45,523 nt of DNA, taken from IMG/VR virus record IMGVR_UViG_3300025654_000017, positions 1 to 45,523 of that record. The stretch is one strand, 5' to 3'. A program made the position numbers and the translations under genes. The stretch is from a virus (taxonomy: Duplodnaviria; Caudoviricetes). The notes below the pieces were generated by a model, which searched no databases, had not been told where the DNA came from, and worked only from the letters and a program-made list of their open reading frames with translations. Shown here in pieces: positions 32,880 through 42,178 of the stretch; position 1 is the first letter of the stretch; each line of letters opens with the position of its first letter.

Positions 32880-35518
32880 GTCTTTGACACTGTAAATGAT
32901 TGGATAACAGCTTGCAAGGTAAAAGGATAGGGTTCATCATGTTGGATGCGCCAGTATTTCTGTCTCGAGTATGAACTTTCGTGGAACACTTCCATGTATC
33001 CATCCTTTAGAGGGACGGATTCGTCCATTGTCTCACCAGAAACGTGGTAGACCAAGTCTTGATAGCCTTTGCCGTCAACAGCTAGTGAGCCTCCTAGAGA
33101 CCTCCAGACCATTAGCTTAGATTGGTATAGCTGCTTCCTCCTGCCAGCACTATCGGCTGTCTCAAGATCAAATGGCTCAAACGTGGATGTCACTGGTAGA
33201 CCTACAATAACCGTGTCGGCTGCCGTGGTCAGCGTGATTTCGTTACCGCTTACAATGTAACTACCTTTGATGCCGTCAGCTAGGACGCATACGGTCTCAC
33301 CCTCGAGGTGGTCTAAGCCTGTGATTGTAAGCAGGTCAGTCCCTGTGAACTTCAGCCCAGCGTCAACATGCCACACGTTATCAGCATCGTTAGCCTCCTG
33401 CTTGTTCCTGTTTCCGACCGTAAAGTGTTCGATGTGTCTGCGGGTAACCCCGTTGATCGTGCGCTTTACAGAACACCAGACCTCGTCCTCGTCCGTGCTT
33501 TCGTTCCCGCTGGATGGTAGTGTCTGGATAGACTCAAACTCACCGCCTTGGGTGGTATATTTACACCACCCCGTGACCTGAAGCTTTGGCTCGTAGACCA
33601 TGTGGCATATTGTTCCGTCCTCCTGAACGGTGAACACGCCAGTATATGGCTCTCGCAGGTGTGCCATCTGAAGCACGCCGCTTGAGAAAAGGTGTGGACA
33701 TAGCAGACTGACTTCCTCGCCAGTATATCCATCACTTTCAATAGAGTATGCAAGCATATTAAGCACCGTGCGTCCGCGCTGTAGAACCAGTAGGCTGTCG
33801 CGCATGGGCATTGCAGGTCGGTGTGCTGATCCCATGCTCTCGTTCCAGCGAACGATTGGCAGGTTCTCTGGACTCTGCGCCTCGTCCTGCTTGCGTGTCG
33901 TTAGCACACCCTCAACGGATGCAGTGCCGACAAATAGCTCACGTTGTGCCGTGATCCACTGGACTGCTGACTGATCGTCTGAGAGTGTCTCCACGAAGAA
34001 CGGAGCGTCTGCCAGTGTGGTAGCTGCTAGGAAGTTGTCGTAGTTATTAATCTCAGAGTAAAAGAACGCTTGCGGCTTCTTCTTCGTGCCAGCAAAAAGT
34101 AGCCTGTTGTCGAACAGTGCGATAGATCGTGGATAGCCTTGGTAGGCTGAGAATGCTGACTCCTGCCATGATACGGCTGTTGTAGTCTCTGGCATGTCTG
34201 TGGTAACTGTAGCCACCACGTTCTGTGCGTCTGTTACTGTGGTTACGGTTGCCACACCGTATGCAGGTGCTGAGAGTGCCGTGAAGGTGACTGACTCTCG
34301 TTCTCTTGCAAAATAGAAAGATGTTATTGCTTGTACACGGATTAGGTTGCTTTCACCTTCCTCGTCCTCCTCGACAAGATAGTTTGCGTCATCACGGCTG
34401 GATAGCGTTCTGATGGTAGACCAGTTCACCCCACCGTCTACACTGCGCTGGATAGCCCAGTCACCACGCCAGTTGCCCGTTGTTCTAATACTCCACCCGC
34501 CAGATACTTCTTTGGCGAACAGTGCGGTTGCTCCTGCTTGAAAATGGTTAGGCGCGTCTGCTGGGTGAGTTATGGCAGAAGACCAGTTTGCGGAGTCCGT
34601 AGCAAAGGCAGCACTACTTGTGTGTGCCGTTGTGCAGTAGTAGACATTACCACCTTCCGTTACAACGTCATCTAATGAGTATGATGTGGCAGTAACCCAA
34701 GCAGTTGGTTTATAATCCTTAATGCACGTATAGTAAAGGAGTTGCCCGTTGAGGTCGGGAGTACGAAATACCCGCCAATTATAACCGTTGGTAGACGTTG
34801 TCTCGTATGTTGTTGACTTATTAAAAGCAACAACATTGTCTGCTGCTACCAACTCAGAGTAATATGTAGTTGCTGACGCGAGGTAATCATCATGGAATAT
34901 ACATGACGACCCCCCAGTCAGATACTTCAGCCTTAGCTCGCTGCCGACATGGGTAGCGTCAAACGCATCTGCACTTGCAGCTATGCCAATGCTGCCTGTC
35001 AGCCCGTCTGGCGTTAGCGTCACCACGGTCGAGTTAACGTCTGGATCTACGAACGGAAGGGATAGATCAGCTACGGCATACGTCCAGTTAGTATCACTCA
35101 AGCGTGTCAGCTTGCCGACAGGATGGTTGGGGTGTGTGATATAGACCACATCGTTTACCGCCCGTGTCTGGATCTCGTATAGCTCTGCCTCAAGGTAGGG
35201 TGTGACAACCTCTAACGGAGTTGCTGGTGCTGACTCCACTTGCAGGTCGTTACTCCAGAAGCGGATATACTGGTCGCCAAACTCTAACATGAACTTGGTG
35301 TTCACTGAGAACTGGAACGGAACTAGCATACACTTCTTGTCGTCATTCTTGGCGAACCCTAAGTGCTTCGTGCCAGCACGCTTCTCCACCTGTCCGTATC
35401 GGGTAGGGATGAAGTTCTCACATGTCCGCGCAGCAGACTTGTAATTGCCTAGATCATAGCGTCCTTTGAGAACATCGCTCCAGATGCCGCCGTTAAATTT
35501 TATGTATGCTGAGTCCAT
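32876..35518 (-). CDS. Tail tubular protein B / nozzle (T7 gp12-like)
   Basis: 880 aa; FNGG, ENFIPTRYGQVEKRAGT, GYPRSIALFDNRLLFAG and HLEGETV..LADG motifs. Confidence 0.9.
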   Translation of the reverse strand: MDSAYIKFNGGIWSDVLKGRYDLGNYKSAARTCENFIPTRYGQVEKRAGTKHLGFAKNDDKKCMLVPFQFSVNTKFMLEFGDQYIRFWSNDLQVESAPATPLEVVTPYLEAELYEIQTRAVNDVVYITHPNHPVGKLTRLSDTNWTYAVADLSLPFVDPDVNSTVVTLTPDGLTGSIGIAASADAFDATHVGSELRLKYLTGGSSCIFHDDYLASATTYYSELVAADNVVAFNKSTTYETTSTNGYNWRVFRTPDLNGQLLYYTCIKDYKPTAWVTATSYSLDDVVTEGGNVYYCTTAHTSSAAFATDSANWSSAITHPADAPNHFQAGATALFAKEVSGGWSIRTTGNWRGDWAIQRSVDGGVNWSTIRTLSSRDDANYLVEEDEEGESNLIRVQAITSFYFARERESVTFTALSAPAYGVATVTTVTDAQNVVATVTTDMPETTTAVSWQESAFSAYQGYPRSIALFDNRLLFAGTKKKPQAFFYSEINNYDNFLAATTLADAPFFVETLSDDQSAVQWITAQRELFVGTASVEGVLTTRKQDEAQSPENLPIVRWNESMGSAHRPAMPMRDSLLVLQRGRTVLNMLAYSIESDGYTGEEVSLLCPHLFSSGVLQMAHLREPYTGVFTVQEDGTICHMVYEPKLQVTGWCKYTTQGGEFESIQTLPSSGNESTDEDEVWCSVKRTINGVTRRHIEHFTVGNRNKQEANDADNVWHVDAGLKFTGTDLLTITGLDHLEGETVCVLADGIKGSYIVSGNEITLTTAADTVIVGLPVTSTFEPFDLETADSAGRRKQLYQSKLMVWRSLGGSLAVDGKGYQDLVYHVSGETMDESVPLKDGYMEVFHESSYSRQKYWRIQHDEPYPFTLQAVIQSFTVSKT

Positions 35519-35521
35519 TAG
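35492..35521. repeat. 30-bp direct repeat, copy 1 (true nozzle start)
   Basis: GTTAAATTTTATGTATGCTGAGTCCATTAG, identical to 36911-36940. Confidence 0.95.
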
Positions 35522-35681
35522 ATTGGTGGGTTGTTCATTCTCTCGATATTAGGTAAAGCACCACATACACCGCGAGCATTCCCGCAGTCAGCATGTAGAT
35601 GGTGCGTTCTTCTTGCATTAGATAGTGATGCCCCATTTGTTGGCGAGGTGCATGGCGAGATATGGGTTGAGGGTCATGGCT

Positions 35682-36353
35682 TTAATCGTGTCCTTCTGCA
35701 TTAAGCGTGCCAACTTCTGAGGCGGTTAGCTCGCGGTCGTAGATTCGCACCGAATCCATGTCGCCGTTAAAAAGTTGTGTAACGTCTCCTCTTGCACCTA
35801 TTCTCATATCCACGGTTGAGCTACCCCAAGTGTAAGTGCCATTCGTCACCGCTGACGATGCCGCTGGCGACCCGTCAATGTATAGCTCGATGCCAGCAGA
35901 GTCACCTTCCGTGCCGTCCCATGTGCCGCAGACATGATGCCATGCGTCATCGTCAACGGTTGCGGTTGATAGCTCACCGATGTATGCAGCAAAGTTGTCC
36001 GTTCCAAGAATCAATCGGAGTTTTGATCCCGTTACGTGGAAGTTAAAACCGCCAAAAGAAGATGCGCCTTGATAATTACTCACAATCTGTCCGTCTGCTG
36101 CTGTTTTGATCCATGCTGATATTGAAAAGCCGCTGCCCATCGTATCATCAATGGCATTACCTATGGTTACATAATCGCCTGCCCCGTCTAAAGTTAAAAT
36201 TCCGCTCGCTTGTGTCGCACCAACAATCGCGCCATCATAATTGCCCGCTTCATCCACTGCCGTAGAGCCTGTGCTGTCAAATAGGTATGCCGCACGGTAG
36301 TCGGTTGGGATGCCACCACCTGCTGCGCTGAAGCGATATGGGTTGATTATCAT
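35682..36353 (-). CDS. LamG / concanavalin A-like lectin-domain virion protein
   Basis: FSISAWIK, WHHVCGTWDG, LYIDG and FNGDMDSVRIYDRELT motifs. Confidence 0.9.
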   Translation of the reverse strand: MIINPYRFSAAGGGIPTDYRAAYLFDSTGSTAVDEAGNYDGAIVGATQASGILTLDGAGDYVTIGNAIDDTMGSGFSISAWIKTAADGQIVSNYQGASSFGGFNFHVTGSKLRLILGTDNFAAYIGELSTATVDDDAWHHVCGTWDGTEGDSAGIELYIDGSPAASSAVTNGTYTWGSSTVDMRIGARGDVTQLFNGDMDSVRIYDRELTASEVGTLNAEGHD

Positions 36354-36896
36354 CTAGCTTGAGTGGAATTGACTATAGCAGTGCAGACCGTAGGCGACTG
36401 CCTGTGTGCGAAACTCAGCGAGTGTCATACCGTGGCTTGCTCCGAAGCAGTCTTTTATCATCACCATCTCGGTGTCTGCCATGCCAGCCTCGTTAAGTAG
36501 AGTCATCATGTTGCTGAACGCTGCCTGTGATTGCAGGTCGGTCGCCATCTTGATGCCTGTGCTTGTCTCGTAATGCTCTGGGGTGCGCTCGTCAATCTCA
36601 GCCTGTGTGAGTGCCGTTACCGTCCAAGCGTCTGTCGCGCTCTCGTTTACAACGTCATAAGCCGTATCATTCTTCGTGATCTTCTGAGTTGCTGGGTCGT
36701 AAGTTGGCTTTGCTTCCTTTACGTCAAGTAGCCACTTGATGTTGTCAGCAAGACCGCTGATCATTTGTGATTTGTCAACGCTACCCCAAGCAACTCCGCG
36801 CATGGGTCTACCCCTGCCGTCATTGAGTGGTGCGCTGGTTTCCGTGTTGTAAACAGTGAACTTGTCGCTGTCGTTAATTGGGTATGTAATTGCCAT
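36354..36896 (-). CDS. Putative fibre-associated chaperone
   Basis: KPTYDPATQK...WTVTALT motif; lies between two LamG genes. Confidence 0.5.
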   Translation of the reverse strand: MAITYPINDSDKFTVYNTETSAPLNDGRGRPMRGVAWGSVDKSQMISGLADNIKWLLDVKEAKPTYDPATQKITKNDTAYDVVNESATDAWTVTALTQAEIDERTPEHYETSTGIKMATDLQSQAAFSNMMTLLNEAGMADTEMVMIKDCFGASHGMTLAEFRTQAVAYGLHCYSQFHSS

Positions 36897-36910
36897 TGGT
36901 TTTAGTTGTT

Positions 36911-36940
36911 GTTAAATTTTATGTATGCTGAGTCCATTAG
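36911..36940. repeat. 30-bp direct repeat, copy 2 (truncated nozzle start, MDSAYIKFNNN*)
   Basis: Identical to 35492-35521; overlaps the LamG stop as TAATG. Confidence 0.95.
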
Positions 36941-37674
36941 TCTAGTGGTCCGTCCGTGTCGAATGCCGATGATGATCCTGCGCCCTCAGTTGCGTCATGT
37001 GGCACGGCAGCGTAGTCATCTAAGTCGTCTGTATTTCTCAACCACCAGCCGATGAGGTTGGTTTCGCTGAACGCGTCACCCGCAACGATGTCGGCAATGT
37101 TGGCTGCGGTTAGCACGGCATCATAGATGCGGCAGTCTGCAATCTTGCCGTTGAATGGTGCTTGCCCTAATCCATTTGCACCGATGCCAATGTCGTAGGT
37201 TGAATCGTAGACAGCATCCAAGCCAACCGTGCTGTCTGTAGCTGCTGACACGCCGTCAATAAATAACTCCAGCCCATTAGTGGCTGTGTTTGGAGTGAAC
37301 ACCAGCGCGACATGCACCCATGTGCCAGTTGAATAAACGCCAGTTGATGATGTGGCGTTTGATGAGAATGATACGTTATTTGTCCCGTTTTCAGATACAA
37401 ATGCAGATATGCTTGTATCAGCAAATGCTGTGATTGCAACGCTTCGGTTGTTGCCCGTTCCCACGTTGTGGTTGTACACAGCAGCGTTGAGCAATGTCTC
37501 AGCCTTGAGCCAGCACATCCACGTCTGTGCGCCCGTGGGTATCCATGCGCCGTCTGCTACGTTGAGGTAGTCTGGCACGGCTGAGTCGAAGTCACGGCTG
37601 GCGTTGCCAAAGTCGCCAGTTGGGGCTGCGAACGCTCTGCGCCTATGTGACAAATAACTGCTCATTAGTCCCAA
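36937..37674 (-). CDS. LamG / concanavalin A-like lectin-domain virion protein
   Basis: TWMCWLK, WVHVALVF, LFIDG and FNGKIADCRIYD motifs. Confidence 0.9.
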   Translation of the reverse strand: MGLMSSYLSHRRRAFAAPTGDFGNASRDFDSAVPDYLNVADGAWIPTGAQTWMCWLKAETLLNAAVYNHNVGTGNNRSVAITAFADTSISAFVSENGTNNVSFSSNATSSTGVYSTGTWVHVALVFTPNTATNGLELFIDGVSAATDSTVGLDAVYDSTYDIGIGANGLGQAPFNGKIADCRIYDAVLTAANIADIVAGDAFSETNLIGWWLRNTDDLDDYAAVPHDATEGAGSSSAFDTDGPLD

Positions 37675-40600
37675 GAAATTAGTAAGTCGGTGTGCAAGCC
37701 CTTGGCTCCTGTGCCTCCGAATGTGTTAATGAGAAACGAGATTCTGTCACCTGCCGCAAAGCTGGTTGGCGATGTTGTCAATACGGGTGCCGTGCCTGTG
37801 CTGGTGCTTGTCTCTGTGCTGTCGATGATGCCCATCGTGCTGAGTATAGTCGTGCCGCCTTTCTGCACGTCAACTGTCAATGCACCGCCTGCTGTGGCTG
37901 TCGAGCATCCGCTATGCACTGCGTGAATCTTCCCAGCCGCTGGTGCTACCCATGCTGTTTTTTCACCTGTGCCAGATGCGTCATCTGCCTCACTGCCCAT
38001 CTTGGTTACATACCAGTTCTGAATGAGGCTGTTGTCATAGTTAACACGCAGACCGAGAAGCTCTGCCTCTTGGCTCATCTGTGTAGCACCGCTTGCCGTG
38101 CGCTCAATCTCAAAGAATACGCAGTCGCCATCTGCTGGCGTGCCTCCGACTGTGATTGCGCTGGCTTGGATGATATGAATGTCACCGCTGGCAATCACAT
38201 CGTCATCTGCTGTGGCTGTTGGTGTCGGAAATGCTGTGTCCCATGCGTCATCGTTGCCACCTGCTTGAGCGGCTACATTCCATTTGACTTTATGCCCTGC
38301 TGTTGCGCCTGTGGCAGTCCAGTAAAGGTCAACGCTGATCGTGCCTCCGTCCCATTGTGGTGGAGGTGTCCACTTGGCATATACTTTCTCAGTATTAGCC
38401 ATGAGCATCACGTCAACATTGCCATTCGTGCCAGTCTTGCTGGATGCCTCTGCATTAGCGTCTGGAAGTAATGCGCCTGCGTCAATCCAGATGCTTGTCT
38501 CTGCCGTCTCTGGTGAGCCACCGCCAAGACCAGAATAATTAGATAATGTGTCTGGGGTAACCGCTTTTAGCGCATCAGTTCCCGCATCCACTTCAGCTTG
38601 GGTTGCTAATTCAATAACACCCTCAACCGTGGTTGAAGCACTAACCTCGTCGCCAGAGTTGGTATTGGTAGTATTCCCAAGCTTAGTAAAGTCAGCAGGT
38701 GCGAGTAGTCCAGCATTTGTTGCATCGGCAAGCGGCAACGTGGCATTCGTGCCATCACTTGATGTGACTGTGCCTATTGTTGGTGCTGCCGTGTAGGAAA
38801 GGTTTGTGCTAACATTGGTTACCTTGGCGGTATTGAGTGCCACCGCTGAGTTGTTACCAACCTCTGTGTCGAAGTCAGATATATCTGCTGCGATGATAGC
38901 TCTGCTCTCAAAGTCAACCCCGTCAGCAATAAGTGCGAATCCGCTTGTTGGCGTTGAGGTGTTTACGTCTGAGAGGTCTGAAAGCTCTGATACAGATCCA
39001 CCACCACCGCCAGAAGACGACAGTGTAGTTCCTGTCATCGTTAGTCCAGTGCCAAGGGTGATCTCCTCCATGTCCCCTGCTCCTGCGGCAGCACCCCTGC
39101 CTACAAGCTTTGAAATTCCCGTTGCTGGCACTAGGTTGGCGTACGGCAAGTCTCCCGTTACACCCGTGGTTAGAGAGACATTGGTAATGGTGTTGCCAGT
39201 TCCATCTATGGTCTTATTAGTCAGTGTGTCCGTGCTTGATCCAGTCACCACATCAGCAGTAGCTAATGCTGAGTCAACAGCATCGCCATCTACGTTCCAC
39301 TGGACTAAGTTGCCAGAAGTCCCTGCTGTGCCTGTGACAACGCCAGCATCCGCTCCCGTGCGGTTAGCGATGGTGAGTGCTTCGCTGCCTGTTACTTCGC
39401 CAATGTGTGTAGCATTGGTAACCTTGGCGTTGTTAGCTGTGACATCCGTCTGTAGCTGTGATCCAGCAAGCCCCAAGGGTGTCACCATGTGAGTGTCCAA
39501 AGTGCCTGTGTTAATCTCGGTAGGTGTGGCAACCTCGGCAATGCCAGCCGTTGTCTGGTTTGCTTGAACCTCGTCACCTGTGTTAGATCCCGTGATCGCG
39601 TCAAGCTTGGTCTTGTCTCCGTTGACGAATGCGCCTTCGGATGGTTTGAGTTGGTAGGTAGATAGGTCTTGGTCGCCCGTGTTAGTGCCGCTCAAGTTGT
39701 TAGCTGTGATGTTACCAGTGTCATCAACACTAGCCGCGCTGTCTTGCACGAATCCACCACTTGTGCCATCGTAGCGTGCAAGTGCGTTATCAGTTGAAGT
39801 AACTGGACCTGTTACGGCACCAATGCCGCCAGCTTCAGTCTCCCATGCTGCGCCGCCAATGCCGTCTGCCTTCAACACTAGCCCATCGGCCGCTGCCCCA
39901 CTGCCTAGCGTTGCTGCATCATCATTAGGCTGGACGCTAGTATCGGCCAGACCTAAAGATGTGTTAGTTGACGCATCTAGCTTTGTCTCATCAATGCTTC
40001 CTGCAATAATAGAAGCGGAGATGTCTTGGCCTGTTAGCGTCAAGTCAATCTCAGCACTGTCGCTGACTGTTACGGCATCGTGTGAGGCTGACTTGTTAGC
40101 GGCTATGTCTGCCCGCTCGGCCGCTGTGAGGATTTTAGCCGTGGCCGACTCATCCATGTTGTCCATGTCATAGACATTAAGCCCCTTGGCTGTGTTGTCA
40201 TAGTCAGCCGCTTGCATGTCGCCCGTGCCGCTAATCGTTGTCCACCTCAGCCCCTCGGCCTGTGTTGAGTCAGCCGTAAGCACTTGGCCATTGCTGCCAG
40301 CCGTTAGCGTTGCTGGCGTGTCATCAGCCGAGCCTGTGATGATGTCACCCTTGGCATCAATCTGAGCCTTGGCGATGTAGCGAGCATCTGCGATGTCTTC
40401 CGTGATCCCCGTGCCGGGGTTCTCCTCTGGGGCGGCTGCTGTGGCGTTGTTATCCTCTTCAACAATGAACCACGATGTGCCTAGTGTTGTCTCATTGCCG
40501 CTAGCATCGCTAGCTGTGACGGCTAACCAGTAGGTTTGCCGCTCACCACCATCAAGGTCAAAGTTAAGCTCTGAGTCAGTGAGTGAAAAGGTAACGTGCT

Positions 40601-40880
40601 GATCCGTGCCAGCAGTCCAGCCGTTGGCCGTAATAGTGACACTATCTGGAACAGCTATTGCCTTGTAGGCTAGGTTTGTGCTAGTGGTCCTGTCTGGCCT
40701 TATGACTAGCTCAAGCCCCGTGTAGCCCGTTAGGTCCAGAGGGATGTCGTTTTCAAATGCGCCAACCTCAATCTCGGTTGCATTCGCTCGCCATGTTGCG
40801 GGTGTCTGGCTCGTTAGGGAGTCAACAGTGTTACACTTTTTGCAGAATTTCTTGTCGAGCTTTAGGCGGATGGAGCGCAT
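37665..40880 (-). CDS. Fibre protein; as assembled probably chimeric (N-terminus from the Mu-like phage, C-terminus from or shared with the podovirus)
   Basis: G/T/D/A-rich shaft with NTGD repeats and beta-rich C-terminal domains; contains the 313-bp repeat; likely start MRSIRL. Confidence 0.75.
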   Translation of the reverse strand: MRSIRLKLDKKFCKKCNTVDSLTSQTPATWRANATEIEVGAFENDIPLDLTGYTGLELVIRPDRTTSTNLAYKAIAVPDSVTITANGWTAGTDQHVTFSLTDSELNFDLDGGERQTYWLAVTASDASGNETTLGTSWFIVEEDNNATAAAPEENPGTGITEDIADARYIAKAQIDAKGDIITGSADDTPATLTAGSNGQVLTADSTQAEGLRWTTISGTGDMQAADYDNTAKGLNVYDMDNMDESATAKILTAAERADIAANKSASHDAVTVSDSAEIDLTLTGQDISASIIAGSIDETKLDASTNTSLGLADTSVQPNDDAATLGSGAAADGLVLKADGIGGAAWETEAGGIGAVTGPVTSTDNALARYDGTSGGFVQDSAASVDDTGNITANNLSGTNTGDQDLSTYQLKPSEGAFVNGDKTKLDAITGSNTGDEVQANQTTAGIAEVATPTEINTGTLDTHMVTPLGLAGSQLQTDVTANNAKVTNATHIGEVTGSEALTIANRTGADAGVVTGTAGTSGNLVQWNVDGDAVDSALATADVVTGSSTDTLTNKTIDGTGNTITNVSLTTGVTGDLPYANLVPATGISKLVGRGAAAGAGDMEEITLGTGLTMTGTTLSSSGGGGGSVSELSDLSDVNTSTPTSGFALIADGVDFESRAIIAADISDFDTEVGNNSAVALNTAKVTNVSTNLSYTAAPTIGTVTSSDGTNATLPLADATNAGLLAPADFTKLGNTTNTNSGDEVSASTTVEGVIELATQAEVDAGTDALKAVTPDTLSNYSGLGGGSPETAETSIWIDAGALLPDANAEASSKTGTNGNVDVMLMANTEKVYAKWTPPPQWDGGTISVDLYWTATGATAGHKVKWNVAAQAGGNDDAWDTAFPTPTATADDDVIASGDIHIIQASAITVGGTPADGDCVFFEIERTASGATQMSQEAELLGLRVNYDNSLIQNWYVTKMGSEADDASGTGEKTAWVAPAAGKIHAVHSGCSTATAGGALTVDVQKGGTTILSTMGIIDSTETSTSTGTAPVLTTSPTSFAAGDRISFLINTFGGTGAKGLHTDLLISWD
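39373..39685. repeat. Copy 2 of the 313-bp direct repeat
   Basis: Matches 1-313 with two mismatches (39500, 39599). Confidence 0.95.
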
Positions 40881-40890
40881 GAGTATGTAT

Positions 40891-40930
40891 GCCACCACCC
40901 GCACTATTGAGCGCAGGTGATGGGCTTTTT
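40891..40930. terminator. GC-rich hairpin immediately upstream of the fibre start
   Basis: GCCACCACCCGCAC-loop-GCGCAGGTGATGGGC; T-tract on the plus side. Confidence 0.55.
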
Positions 40931-40952
40931 AGATTTTACTTAAAACAGCGGA

Positions 40953-41531
40953 TTAGGCTGCTAGGACTCCATCATCAATGAGGTCATTGAGGCTATTGGA
41001 AATTACTTCAAAGGCTACAACTGGCTTAGTTGCATCTTTAGTCCAACCGGGATAATCGCTGATACGCATCTTAACCTCAACCTTGACGTTGGCCAAAGTC
41101 TCTGTAGTTGATCCCGCTGCACCGATACCACGGAGGCGAAGCCATCCAGTGATTTCACGGTCGCCAAGGTTTTCAAAAGGCTGCTGGCCAGTTGCCCCTG
41201 TAAGCTTTTGATTGAGGCCAAGCAGTAAACGGAAGACAGGCTCGGAGTGGTCTCTGAGTGTAACGATGATTTCATCACGAACGGTGGTCCGTGTGATGCT
41301 CTTAGAGTAACCGCCAGTCAGTGCTGGGCAGTAGTCCTCGTCGTCTTCAGTCTCAGATTCAAACTGAACATCTTGGGCGCAGCCCATGTTGTAATCCGTC
41401 CAGTTCTCCTCCGGATCTTCGTCTGGCACGAGAACGGGTGAAGTTACGATTGCATCCACGGTTTCACCGTGGGGGATAAAATCAACGAAAGCTCCGATGA
41501 TCCGCTTTTGTAGGTAGTATTGTGCTGCCAT
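40953..41531 (-). CDS. Putative tail tube / major tail protein (second phage)
   Basis: 192 aa, acidic and beta-rich; follows the neck genes; synteny only. Confidence 0.45.
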   Translation of the reverse strand: MAAQYYLQKRIIGAFVDFIPHGETVDAIVTSPVLVPDEDPEENWTDYNMGCAQDVQFESETEDDEDYCPALTGGYSKSITRTTVRDEIIVTLRDHSEPVFRLLLGLNQKLTGATGQQPFENLGDREITGWLRLRGIGAAGSTTETLANVKVEVKMRISDYPGWTKDATKPVVAFEVISNSLNDLIDDGVLAA

Positions 41532-41549
41532 TGTTTTGTTTTGTTATGA

Positions 41550-41750
41550 TTAGATGCCAATTATTTTAGCTAGCTCTGCGCTAACCAGAGCATCGGCCTG
41601 CTCTTTGGGTAAAGGTAAAACTGCGCCCTTGGCACAGATGATGGAACGAACTTTCGTCTTGTTAACAAGTATTTCAACCTTAACCATTACGGGATCGGCT
41701 ACAACCTCAAGAGGCTTATTTTCGGTTTCTTTTTTAGCTGTCTTTTTCAT
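41550..41750 (-). CDS. Small hypothetical protein
   Basis: 66-aa coupled ORF. Confidence 0.6.
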   Translation of the reverse strand: MKKTAKKETENKPLEVVADPVMVKVEILVNKTKVRSIICAKGAVLPLPKEQADALVSAELAKIIGI

Positions 41751-42178
41751 GATTGTAAGTCTTGCTCTACTCGTATGATGTAAATTCTAAATTGTTGATT
41801 GGATATTGGGTCAATGCTAGTAACTCTCATACCGTCTAGGCAGTTGTTAGCATCTGGGTTATATCCATGTAATGATGATGCTATTGTCTCTACAAGATCG
41901 TCTATTGGCAATAAGTCAGCGTGGTCCCGCACGATTGGTTTAGTGATTACAGTAATTGAGTATTTACTTGCTACCCGAAGGTCATCTAGGTCAACATTAG
42001 CTGTTAATGCCCCTAGCCACTCAATGACGGCAACGCCACCTTTGACTTTGCCTATGCGCTTGTTAAATTCAGCGGTGATATCTTTCTGGCGGTCAACTAC
42101 AACAGCAACTTGACCATCATCAAAAAGCCCCTCAATGAGAGTTGCCATCTGGTCTGCCCTGTCGAGGTAAACGCTCAT
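41747..42178 (-). CDS. Putative tail terminator / neck protein
   Basis: 143 aa after the gp36-like gene; IASSLHGYNP motif. Confidence 0.5.
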   Translation of the reverse strand: MSVYLDRADQMATLIEGLFDDGQVAVVVDRQKDITAEFNKRIGKVKGGVAVIEWLGALTANVDLDDLRVASKYSITVITKPIVRDHADLLPIDDLVETIASSLHGYNPDANNCLDGMRVTSIDPISNQQFRIYIIRVEQDLQS

